From positions 20,400,001 through 20,464,000 of the forward strand of contig NC_086118.1 in assembly GCF_963921235.1 (NCBI RefSeq): DNA of 64,000 nt, given 5' to 3'. Shown piece after piece: positions 15,774 to 26,620 of the stretch. Under the pieces are notes generated by a model that had not been told where the DNA came from, did no database searches, and worked only from the letters and a program-made list of their open reading frames with translations. Both the position numbers and the translations under genes were made by a program. Within the stretch, counting starts at the first letter, position 1, and each line of letters begins with the position of its first letter. This DNA is from Mobula hypostoma. Its lineage: Eukaryota.

Positions 15774-17325
15774 CAGGTGTCCCCTGCTTTTCGAACGTTC
15801 GCTTTACGAAACCTCACTGTTACAAAAGACCTACATTAGTACCCTGTTTTCGCTTTCAGAAGGTGTTTTCACTGTTATGAAAAAAATACAGCGCGCGATA
15901 AAAAATTCAGCACGCAATAAAAAGCAGTGCGTGCCCCGAGCAGCTGTTCCCCGGATTCGGAACGGCATTCTCACCAGCATTGCTTAAACACGAGCCTGTG
16001 AGCAGTCGTTTGCAAGATAAGTTCTATGGTGTCGGAAAAGCCTGAAGGAGCTCGTAAAGGTGTTACACGTAGTGTAAAACTAGACATAATTAAGCGTTTC
16101 GACTGTGATGAACGAAGCAAGCACAAAGTGAGTTTGGCTTGTGGAAGCTGACGAAGATGATGTTGAAGAGGTTTTGGCATCCCTGACCAAGAACTGATAG
16201 ATGAAGATCTGATGCAATTGGAAGAGGAAAGGATAACAATGGAAACCGTAAGAGTAATGATAAAGTACGACTTTAATTTTGAAAGGGTACGTAGGTTTAG
16301 GGGATATTTGCAACATTATTTGAGTCCTTACAAAGAACTGTATGATAGAAAATTGCGCGAGGCTCAGCAGTCAAGCAAGCCTTCCACATCAGCCACAGCA
16401 GACGACGAACCTCGATCTTCGACATCGAGGCGGGCAGTCATAGGAGAAGATGAGCTGCCTGCCCTGATCGACGATGAGATGACACCCCAGTGTCCCAACA
16501 CCCAGGCCGCGGACAGATACTGTACCGATTCGTGGAGAATGCAGCAGTAGCCAGGAGGCACACAGCACATCTTTAAGAAAAAAGCCAAAATAAACATGCT
16601 AATTATTAGGTGTCGCCCCACACGTAATTGTCAGCCCAGATCAAAGGCGATGCAGTCAGCAATTGGCACTGATCTGGGCTGACAATTATGTGTCGAGCAG
16701 CACGTAATTGATTAGCATGTTTATTTTGGCTTTTTTCTTAAAGATGTGCTGGGTGCGTCCCAGCTACCGCTGGACCCCTGTGTGCTTCGCGGCAATGTAT
16801 CAGTTGGTGACCCAGAGGGTGGGGCCACTGCACCACCCAGCCTGCGACGACTCAGTCTAACACACCATCATCCGTGTGCTCTGCGCTGTCCCAATCCCGG
16901 TAAGTGATACTACACTGTACATACATTATTTCTACTTTATATCGGCTGTGTATTTTTACGTGTTATTTGGTATGATTTGGCAGCTTCATAGTTTAAAGAT
17001 TACTGGAGAGCGCTGCGCCCTGTTTTTGCCAACAGCGCTTGCGCGAGATTTTCGCTACGGAAAACAGTTCAGTAATGATTGTGGAAAAGTATTTCTACTT
17101 TATATAGGCTGTGTATTTATCATATCATTTCTGCTTTTACTATATGTTACTGTTATTTTAGATTTTATGTGTTATTTGTCATGATTTGGTAGGTTATTTT
17201 TGGGTCTGCGAACACTCACAAAATTTTCCCATATAAATAAATGGTAATTTCTTCTTCGCTGTACGACATTCAACTTACAAACCGTTTCATAGGAACGCTC
17301 TACCTTTGGATGGCGGGGGAACCTG
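15774..17325 (+). mobile_element. Internally deleted Tigger/pogo DNA transposon
   Basis: TA at 15772-73 and 17326-27; imperfect TIRs caggtgtcccctgc / gcgggggaacctg. An N-terminal HTH remnant (MVSEKP..RKGVT..VKLDIIKRFD from 16026) is joined directly to an acidic C-terminal remnant (DDVEEVLAS..MQLEEERIT..YKELYDRK). Confidence 0.85.
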
Positions 17326-17778
17326 TACCTCCATTAGGATTTTATTATGCTCTAGGCATTTAAAACTGTCTCATTCCCATAAGATCATTAAGCTTGCATG
17401 TACATTTTAAATATAAATTCCTTTCATTATTATACTAACATTGTTCTGATATTTAGATGATCTTTTGTCCTTATGATATCAGCTTGGTCATTTCTGTTTC
17501 TCTGTCCTCTCCACTATGCATGCCCCAGTTTATCTGTTTTCTTCATAGCATTCCCACTAAAGTGAAAAGAACTTAATTTCCCTCTGGCCCACTAAGGTAG
17601 TTAAAATTGAAACAGTTTTCCTGCTCTCAGAACAACTGTGCTTTTCAGAAATCCCCTTTATACCACACTCTGTGATAATTGTTACACTATTTCTAGCTTT
17701 CCATTTTCCAATTCTTGTATCTGTTACTTGCTTCTGTATACACTTTGTTCAATCAGGACCAAACCTAAGTAAGAATTA

Positions 17779-19314
17779 CAGTGATATGCAAAAGTTTGGG
17801 CACCCCAATCAAAATTTCTGTTACTGTGAATAGCTAAGTGAGTAAAAGATGACCTGATTTCCAAAAGGCATAAACTTAAAGATTACACATTTCTTTAATA
17901 TTTTAAGCAAGATTACTTTTTTATTTCCATCTTTTACAGTTTCAAAATAACTAAAAAAAAAGGGCCCGAAGCAAAAGTTTAGGCACCCTGCATGGTCAGT
18001 ACTTAGTAACACTCCCTTTGGCAAGTATCACAGCTTGTAAACTCTTTCTGTAGCCAGCTAAGAGTCTTTCAATTCTTGTTTGGGGGATTTTCGCCCATTA
18101 TTCCTTGCAAAAGGCTTCTAGTTTTGTGAGATTCTTGGGCCGTCTTGTATGCACTGCTCTTTTGAGGTCTATCCACAGATTCTGGATGTTGCTTAGGTCA
18201 GGGGACTGTGAGGGCCATGGCAAAACCTTCAGCTTGCGCCTCTTGAGGTAGGCCAGTGTGGATTTTGAGGTGTGTTTAGGATCATTATCCTGTTGTAGAA
18301 GCCATCCTCTTTTCATCTTCAGCTTTTTTACAGACGGTGTGATGTTGCTTCCAGAATTTGCTGGTATTTATGATCAATCCACCCCCGTACTTAACAGTTG
18401 GAGAGGTGTTCTTTTCATGAAATTCTGCACCCTTTTTTCTCCAAACATACATTTGCTCATTGTGGCTAAAAAGTTCTATTTTAACGTCATCAGTCCATAG
18501 GACTTGTTTCCAAATACATCAGGCTTGTTTAGATGTTCCTTTGCAAACTTCTGACAGTGAATTTTGTGGTGAGGATGCAGGAAAGATTTTCTTCTGATGA
18601 CTCTTCCATGAAGGTCATATTTGTGCAGCTGTCGCTGCACAGTAGAACAGTGCACCACCACTCCAGAGTCTGCTAAATCTTCCTGAAGGACTTTTGCAGT
18701 CAAACAAAGGTTTTGATTTGCCTTTCTAGCAATCCTACCAGCAGTTCTCTCGGAAAGTTTTCTTGGTCTTCCAGACCTCAGCTTGACCTTCACTGTTCCT
18801 GTTAACTGCCATTTCTTAATTACTTTACGAACTGAGAAAACGGCTACCTGAAAACACTTTGCTATCTTTTTATAGCCTTCTCCTGCTTTGTGGGCATCAT
18901 TTATTTTAACTTTCAGAGTTCTAGTCAGCTGCTTAGAGGAGCCCATGGCTGCTGATTGTTGGGACAAGGTTTGAGGAATCAGGGTATTTATAAAGATTTT
19001 AAATTTGCATCTCCTGCCTTTCCTAACAATGAGTGTGAACAAGCCATAGCCCAAACAAGGTCTGAGACCTTGGTAAAAGTTATCTGAGAGCTCAAATCTC
19101 TTGGGGTGCCCAAACTTTTGCATGGTGCTCCTTTCTTTTTTTTCCACTCTAAAATTGTACAAAACAAAAATAATACGCTAATCTTGCTTAAAATGTTGAA
19201 AAGAATGTTTCATCTTTAACTTTGACTTTTGGAGATCAGTTCATCTTCTACTCACTTAACTATTCACAGTAACAGAAATTTTGACCGGGGTGCCCAAACT
19301 TTTGCATGCCACTG
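17779..19314 (-). mobile_element. Tc1-family transposon, IR/DR type
   Basis: TA flanks 17777-78 and 19315-16. TIRs of about 210 bp, each bounded by the direct repeat GCAAAAGTTT(G/A)GGCACCC. Internal transposase on the minus strand. Confidence 0.95.
17996..18946 (-). pseudogene. Tc1 transposase, disrupted
   Basis: MGSSKQL..GEGYKKIAK..RSGRPRKLS (paired-like HTH, GRPR), WTDD, QQDNDPKHTS, WPSQSPDL. Frameshift near 18510, an internal deletion near 18370 and a premature stop near 18098. Confidence 0.9.
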
Positions 19315-20167
19315 TACATGTATTATCATCACTGAATCCTCATCTATTAATGTGTAATCATCTTAATTTTGCTACTAATCCATTGCAGAGTAACCTGATG
19401 CATTCACTTGAAATGTCTTCTTTAGAATCAGTCTGTAGCTTTCTCTTCATTCTACACACATGCTGATTGTGCTCTGCCATTCTTCTGTCTGTTATCTATG
19501 TGTTGCTTGGTTGTTTACACTAATTCCATGTCTCTCCTATCTCTGGTTTAACAGGACTGTTCAGTTTCAATTTCAAGCCTCTGTGGCACATATACTCTTA
19601 AAATTGTAAGACCAACTTGTCAGTGATTGCTGGCTCAGTTTGTCTGACACACATTATTACTTGCACTTACAAATTAAGTTCACTCACTTAAGCATCTTGA
19701 ACTTTTCTGTTGGTACCCACTTCCAACTACACTAACCGAATTCATTCTCTTGGACTGCAGCCCTCTTTCATTTGCCTTTGATTGCTTGAACTTTTGTACC
19801 TTGTACTTATTTTGCCACACCAAATTATTTTAAATTGAGTTTAGAATGCTTGAGGTATCAGATAAGCGCAAATTAATACTATTCAAATAAGCAGATGTTG
19901 ATGTAGGAATCTTTTGCAAAATTTTGTTTCGTTTTTGCACTTTTATTTGCCACTTTGGCACCACATTGCTAAACAGTCCTATTTATTCATCATTGTAATT
20001 TATAGATTTTTGTCTTTTCTGCTGCAGAACAAAAAAAAAATCACATCATATTTTAGTAGTAATAAATCTGGTCCTAATTATAGATGTTTGGAAACAGAAA
20101 TTAGATTTGCGTATTAATGTGTCTTTCTCCCAGATTGCTACAGTATGCAACTTTACTGTTGGCTAAG

Positions 20168-23100
20168 GAAACATAGAAACATAGAAACATTGAAAATAGG
20201 TGCAGGAGTAGGCCATTCGGCCCTTCGAGCCTGCACCGCCATTTATTATGATCATGGCTGATCATCCAACTCAGAACCCAGCCTTCCCTCCATACCCCCT
20301 GATCCCTGTAGCCACAAGGGCCATATCTAACTTCCTTTTAAACATAGCTAATGAACTGGCCTCAACAGTTTGCTGTGGCAGAGAATTCCACAGATTCACC
20401 ACTCTCTGTGTGAAGAAGTTTTTCCTAATCTCGGTCCTAAAAGGCTTCCCCTCTATCCTCAAACTGTGACCCCTCGTTCTGGACCTCCCCAACATCGGGA
20501 ACAATCTTCCCGCATCTAGCCTGTCCAATCCCTTTAGGATCTTATACGTTTCAATCAGATCCCCCCTCAATCTTCTAAATTCCAACGAGTACAAGCCCAG
20601 TTCATCCAGTCTTTCTTCATATGAAAGACCTGCCATCCCAGGAATCAATCTGGTGAACCTTCTTTGTACTCCCTCTATGGCAAAGATGTCTTTCCTCAGA
20701 TTAGGGGACCAAAACTGCACACAATACTCCAGGTGTGGTCTCACCAAGGCCTTGTACAACTGCAGTAGTACCTCCCTGCTCCTGTACTCAAATCCTCTCG
20801 CTATAAATGCCAGCATACCGTTCGCCTTTTTCACCGCCTGCTGTACCTGCATGCCCACTTTCAATGACTGGTGTATAATGACACCCAGGTCTCGTTGCAC
20901 CTCCCCTTTTCCTAATCGGCCACCATTCAGATAATAATCTGTTTTCCTATTTTTGCCACCAAAGTGGATAACTTCACATTTATCCACATTAAATTGCATC
21001 TGCCATGAGTTTGTCCACTCACCCAACCTATCCAAGTCATCCTGCATCCTCTTAGCATCCTCCTCACTGCTAACACTGCCACCCAGCTTTGTGTCATCCG
21101 CAAACTTGGAGATGCTGCATTTAATTCCCTCATCCAAGTCATTAATATATATTGTAAACAACTGGGGTCCCAGCACTGAGCCTTGCAGTACCCCACTAGT
21201 CACCGCCTGCCATTCTGAAAAGGTCCCGTTTATTCCCACTCTTTGCTTCCTGTCTGCTAACCAATTCTCCACCCACACCAATACCTTACCCCCAATACCG
21301 TGCGCTTTAAGTTTGCACACTAATCTCCTGTGTGGGACCTTGTCAAAAGCCTTTTGAAAATCCAAATATACCACATCCACTGGTTCTCCCCTATCCACTC
21401 TACTAGTTACATCCTCAAAAAATTCTATGAGATTCGTCAGACATGATTTTCCTTTCACAAATCCATGCTGACTTTGTCCGATCATTTCACCGCTTTCCAA
21501 ATGTGCTGTTATCACATCCTTGATAACTGACTCCAGCAGTTTCCCCACCACCGACGTTAGGCTAACCGGCCTATAATTCCCCGGTTTCTCTCTCCCTCCT
21601 TTTTTAAAAAGTGGGGTTACATTAGCCACCCTCCAATCCTCAGGAACTAGTCCAGAATCTAACGAGTTTTGAAAAATTATCACTAATGCATCCACTATTT
21701 CTTGGGCTACTTCCTTAAGCACTCTGGGATGCAGACCATCTGGCCCTGGGGATTTATCTGCCTTCAATCCCTTCAATTTACCTAACACCACTTCCCTACT
21801 AACATGTATTTCGCTCAGTTCCTCCATCTCACTGGACCCTCTGTCCCTTACTATTTCTGGAAGATTATTTATGTCCTCCTTAGTGAAGACAGAACCAAAG
21901 TAATTATTCAATTGGTCTGCCATGTCCTTGCTCCCCATAATCAATTCACCTGTTTCTGTTTGCAGGGGACCTACATTTGTCTTTACTAGTCTTTTCCTTT
22001 TTACATATCTATAAAAGCTTTTACAGTCTGTTTTTATGTTCTCTGCCAGTTTTCTCTCATAATCTTTTTTCCCCTTCCTAATTAAGCCCTTTGTCCTCCT
22101 CTGCTGAACTCTGAATTTCTCCCAGTCCTCAGGTGAGCCACTTTCTCTGGCTAATTTGTATGCTACTTCTTTGGAATTGATACTATCCCTAATTTCTCTT
22201 GTCAGCCATGGGTGCACTACCTTCCTTGATTTATTCTTTTGCCAAACTGGGATGAACAATTGTTGTAGTTCATCCATGCAACCTTTAAATGCCTGCCATT
22301 GCATATCCACCGTCAATCCTTTAAGTGTCATTTGCCAGTCTATCTTAGCTAATTCACGACTCATACCTTCAAAGTTACCCCTCTTTAAGTTCAGAACCTT
22401 TGTTTCTGAATTAACTACGTCACTCTCCATGTTAATGAAGAATTCCACCATATTATGGTCACTCTTACCCAAGGGGCCTCTCACGACAAGATCGCTAATT
22501 AACCCTTCCTCATTGCTCAAAACCCAGTCCAGAATAGCCTGCTCTCTAGTCGGTTCCTCGACATGTTGGTTCAAAAAACCATCCCGCATACATTCCAAGA
22601 AATCCTCTTCCTCAGCACCTTTACCAATTTGGTTCACCCAGTCTACATGTAGATTGAAGTCACCCATTATAACTGCTGTTCCTTTATTGCACACATTTCT
22701 AATTTCCTGTTTAATACCATCTCCGACCTCACTACTACTGTTAGGTGGCCTGTACACAACTCCCACCAGCGTCTTCTGCCCCTTAGTGTTACGCAGCTCT
22801 ACCCATATCGATTCCACATCTTCCCGGCTTATGTCCTTCCTTTCTATTGCGTTAATCTCTTTTTTAACCAGCAACGCCACCCCACCTCCCCTTCCTTCAT
22901 GTCTATCCCTCCTGAATATTGAATATCCCTGAACGTTGAGCTCCCATCCCTGGTCACCCTGGAGCCATGTCTCTGTGATCCCAACTATATCATAATCATT
23001 AATAACAATCTGCACTTTCAATTCATCCACCTTATTACGAATGCTCCTTGCATTGACACATAAAGCCTTCAGGCGCTCTTTTACAACTCTCTTAGCCCTT

Positions 23101-23247
23101 TTTAATGCTTGCTCTGGATTTGTCGGCCTGCCACTTTTACTTTTCCCCTTTGTACTTTTTGCTTCTACGCTCACTTTACACCCCTCTGTCTCTCTGCACT
23201 GGTTCCCATCCCTCTGTTGTGAACTAACCTCCTCACACCTAGCCTCT
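20168..23247 (-). mobile_element. CR1 LINE, 5'-truncated just upstream of ORF2, young
   Basis: Tail of tandem octamers (gaaacata repeats on + at 20168-20190), 8-bp 3' stem ggtgcagg/cctgcacc (20199-20237) and an intact ORF2. Confidence 0.95.
20271..23174 (-). CDS. CR1 ORF2: APE endonuclease plus reverse transcriptase (967 aa open frame)
   Basis: NARSI, ITETW, MGDFN and SDH endonuclease motifs; PGPDG, YRPVSLTS, DFQKAFDKV, QGSVLGP and FADD RT motifs; no internal stops. Confidence 0.93.
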   Translation of the reverse strand: MSVEAKSTKGKSKSGRPTNPEQALKRAKRVVKERLKALCVNARSIRNKVDELKVQIVINDYDIVGITETWLQGDQGWELNVQGYSIFRRDRHEGRGGGVALLVKKEINAIERKDISREDVESIWVELRNTKGQKTLVGVVYRPPNSSSEVGDGIKQEIRNVCNKGTAVIMGDFNLHVDWVNQIGKGAEEEDFLECMRDGFLNQHVEEPTREQAILDWVLSNEEGLISDLVVRGPLGKSDHNMVEFFINMESDVVNSETKVLNLKRGNFEGMSRELAKIDWQMTLKGLTVDMQWQAFKGCMDELQQLFIPVWQKNKSRKVVHPWLTREIRDSINSKEVAYKLARESGSPEDWEKFRVQQRRTKGLIRKGKKDYERKLAENIKTDCKSFYRYVKRKRLVKTNVGPLQTETGELIMGSKDMADQLNNYFGSVFTKEDINNLPEIVRDRGSSEMEELSEIHVSREVVLGKLKGLKADKSPGPDGLHPRVLKEVAQEIVDALVIIFQNSLDSGLVPEDWRVANVTPLFKKGGREKPGNYRPVSLTSVVGKLLESVIKDVITAHLESGEMIGQSQHGFVKGKSCLTNLIEFFEDVTSRVDRGEPVDVVYLDFQKAFDKVPHRRLVCKLKAHGIGGKVLVWVENWLADRKQRVGINGTFSEWQAVTSGVLQGSVLGPQLFTIYINDLDEGIKCSISKFADDTKLGGSVSSEEDAKRMQDDLDRLGEWTNSWQMQFNVDKCEVIHFGGKNRKTDYYLNGGRLGKGEVQRDLGVIIHQSLKVGMQVQQAVKKANGMLAFIARGFEYRSREVLLQLYKALVRPHLEYCVQFWSPNLRKDIFAIEGVQRRFTRLIPGMAGLSYEERLDELGLYSLEFRRLRGDLIETYKILKGLDRLDAGRLFPMLGRSRTRGHSLRIEGKPFRTEIRKNFFTQRVVNLWNSLPQQTVEASSLAMFKRKLDMALVATGIRGYGGKAGF

Positions 23248-23622
23248 GAAAGAGCTGTGGAGTTTAGTGTTGTAATATTAAATTGCCCTTATTATTCAAA
23301 ATATTGGAATCAACCAATTAGAATATCCACAGGGTTCTGCTTATTTTTCCTTTTCATCCTTTTGCTTTTGTATGTTTGACTATATAATAGGTTGAAGCAA
23401 GGATTTACATATTTGGACACCAAAGCTGTGGAGTCGTGTGGCATTTATCTGTATGATCAGTGCTTTACCAAAAGCACCTAGACAATGTATTGGAATGATA
23501 ATTGCAGTCTTTTGCATGGATTTCTTTTTTGAAACACAAGTTTTAATTTACAGTATACTCTAGTAGTCTAGTTTTCCAGTTCAGTATTTGAACATCTAAA
23601 TGGGAAAGGTACCGATGAATGT

Positions 23623-24404
23623 GATGTCAGTAAGATGAAAGAGCTGATTGTGGACTTAAGGAAGGGTAAGACGAAGGAGCACATACCAATCCTCATCGAG
23701 GGATCAGAAGTGGAGAGAGTGAGCAGCTTCAAGTTCCTCAGTGGCAAGATCTCTGAGGATCTAACCTGGTCCCAACTTACCGATGTGGTCATAAAGAAGG
23801 CAAGACAGCGGCTATACTTTATTAAGGGTTTGAAGACATTTGGCACGTCAACAAATAAACTCAAATACTTCTATAGTTGTGCCATGGAGAGCATTCTGAC
23901 AGGCTGCATCAGTGTCTGGTATGGAGGGGCTACTGCACAGGACCCAAAGAAGTTGCAGAAGGTTGTAAATCTAGTCAGCTCCATCTTGGGCGCTAACCTA
24001 CAAAGAACCCAGGACATCTTTAGGGAGCGATGTCTCAGAAAGGCAGCATCCATTATTAAGGACCTCCAGCATCCAGGGCATGCCCTTTTCTCACTGTTAC
24101 CATCAGGGAGGAGATACAGAAGCCTGAAGGCACACACTCAGCGATTCAGGAACAGCCTTTTTCCCTCTGCCATCCGATTCCTAAATGGACGTTGAACCCA
24201 TGAACACTACCTCACTTTTTTTAATATGCAGTATTTCTGTTTTTGCACTTCTTAAAATCTATTCAATGTACTTAATTGATTTGTTTATTATGTGTTATTT
24301 TATTTTTTTCTCCCTTTGCTAGATTATGTATTGCATTGAACTGCTGCTGCTAAGTTAACAAATTTCACGTCACATGCCGGTGATAATAAACCTGATCCTG
24401 ATTC
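23623..24404 (+). mobile_element. Rex1/Babar-type LINE, 5'-truncated
   Basis: 186-aa frame KELIVDLRK..VERVSSFKFL..KKARQRLYF..ESILTGCI..HPGHALFSLLPSGRRYRS. 3' end gataataaacctgatcctgattc. Confidence 0.9.
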
Positions 24405-25523
24405 CAATGAAACTATATACAAGAAGCAACCAAAATAGTCATTTATTGGCCAGCTTAAACAATACTGGCACATTCCCCTTTGAAACCATGTATCATTAAA
24501 TTAGCAAACTGTGGATGGTCTTTCTGCACTGTACTTTTAACAACTTAAGCCATTGGACATAAAGAACAGCACAGTGAGTGAATAAAATGGCTTTTTTTGT
24601 AATGGAGGTTATATTGTCAACCACTGTGCACTTTTTGCCCTCTATGTTTGTGTATTTGAACAACAATAGAAGAGTTCCACCCAGCAACCATACCAGCAGT
24701 AACATAAAACGGCTTCCATTGCATGTATTTTTTAAAAAATGGTGCTTGTTGGTTGGAGTGGATGGAAAGGAAAAATGTCTAAAATTGCAGAGCTTGCCTC
24801 GAAAACAAGGGTAAAAATCAATGGGATATTTTATCCTTATTTTCCCCATTTTACTACTCTAAATTTATTAAATAATTTGGGCTGTATATTTAAAAAAACA
24901 TAATGAACGTTGACAGCCAGAATTAAGTTTTTATGAGGTGATTTCAGTTTGTAGAAATTGCCTGACCGACTGTTATACGGCCAGATGTAAAACGAGGTGA
25001 TGGATGTTATACTCCAACATCAGTTGCTAACCTATGCTTGCTATCCCATCAATATGTATTGCAGTTTCTAATGTACACTTGGAGGAAGATGGCCTCTTGT
25101 TCTGATTGCTACCTGGTTTTATGTAGGCTGCCACCATGGCAGACCATGGATCTGATCTTTCCCTCAGAAGCAGGAACCATCATTTAGCAATCCTTTCAAT
25201 GAAAAATTGACAGAAAATACTCCACAGGCAGGATTTCGGAATTGGACTAGAGAGTTGCGTCAGCAAATGGAGAAGCTAATGGGGTACAATACTTAAAACG
25301 ATTACTTTAAAATTGGCATCTGCATGTAAAGGCACTAGATGTAACTTGATTTATATTTTTCCTTGTATTTGTTATTACCCTTTGAGAATGTCTAGAAATG
25401 TTAGTGTTTTGATCATTAATCACAGAAGGCTGATCATCTTCCATGATGATGATGACTTCTGGTACGGTGCAAACTATTGTTGTTAAGTGCTTGGCTGTGC
25501 AAGTCAGAGCCGATGGATTAAAG

Positions 25524-26160
25524 CAGAGGTCCCCAACCAACAGGCCGTGGACTGGTACCGGGCCGCAAACCATGTGCTACCAGGCCGTGAGGAAATGATA
25601 TGAGTCAGCAGCACCTTTCCTCATTCCCTGTCACGCACTGTTGAACTTGAATATAGGGTTGCCAACTGTCCCGTATAGCGGGCTAAATTGATTTGACCCA
25701 TACGGGAACGCCCTTGTCCCATATTTCCCCTGCTAAGGTAGAGCATTCCTATGAAACCGTTCGTGCCAAAATGGCGTAATGCGAAGAAGCAATTACCATT
25801 AATTTATATGGGAAAAATTTTTGAGCGTTCCCAGGCACAAAAAATAAGCTAACAAATCATACCAAATAACACATAAAACTGAAAATAAATAACACTAACA
25901 TATAGTAAAAGCAGGAATGGTTTGATAAATACACAGCCTATAAAAAGTAGAAGTAATGTATGTACAGTATAGTCGGGAAGATGAAGGCAAAACTGATTTG
26001 TGGGGAGAGAAATTGGCACGTATGCGCATGCGCACATCACATGCGCACACAGGTGCCTGTGCAAGGCTTCATGGTCATTGTAGTCCTTCCTGGGGTAAAG
26101 TGTCCCAGGATTTGACTGCTACTTTTGTCCCTCATTTAGGAGTGAGAAAGTTGGCAACCC
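25524..26160. mobile_element. Composite DNA-transposon fragment (hAT-like end, TIR-bounded unit, Tigger right end)
   Basis: cagaggtccccaacc at 25524; inverted pair tagggttgccaact (25654) / agttggcaaccc (26149-26160). Internal 25725-25945 is the reverse complement of about 17100-17320. Confidence 0.65.
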
Positions 26161-26334
26161 AGTTAAAATGATTTGTCATACTTGCATTTAAATTTAGGCA
26201 AAAAAATTCTTATTTAATCTTGTATAATAAGCTATCTTTCATGTAGATTCAAAACTATGTCAAGAAACAACACCTCTTATCAAGCCTTCAACCTGATGAC
26301 ATGAATGTCAATTTCTCTCTCCGGTTAAAAAAAA

Positions 26335-26620
26335 AATGTCCTCCCCCTCCCCTCTTCTATTCCCCACCCTGGCCTCTTGCCTCTACTCACCTACCTACCC
26401 CACTTGGCTTCAGCAATTACCTTATAGCTATCCTCTTTCCCCTCCTCACACCTCTTTATTCTGGTGTATTTCCACTTCCTTTCCAGTCCTGAAGAAGGGA
26501 CTCTCCTCGAAATGTCAACTATTTGCTCATTTCCACGGATGCTGCCTGATCTGCGGAATTCCTGCGGCATTTTGTGGGTGTTGCTTTGGATTTCTAGCAT
26601 CTGCAGACTTCTGTGTTTAC
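26335..26620 (+). mobile_element. Penelope terminal-repeat-derived short element with hammerhead core
   Basis: Pyrimidine-rich tract then ccagtcCTGAAGAagggactctcctcGAAAtGTCaact...gatgctgcctgatctgc, homologous to 2650-2900. Confidence 0.75.

Noticed and set aside
20168..20195. Short tandem repeats suggesting an array
   Set aside because: This is the CR1 3' tail; there is no repeat-spacer (CRISPR-like) structure anywhere in the window.
20653..22932. Plus-strand ORFs (93, 134, 258 aa) within the CR1
   Set aside because: Antisense shadows of the intact ORF2.
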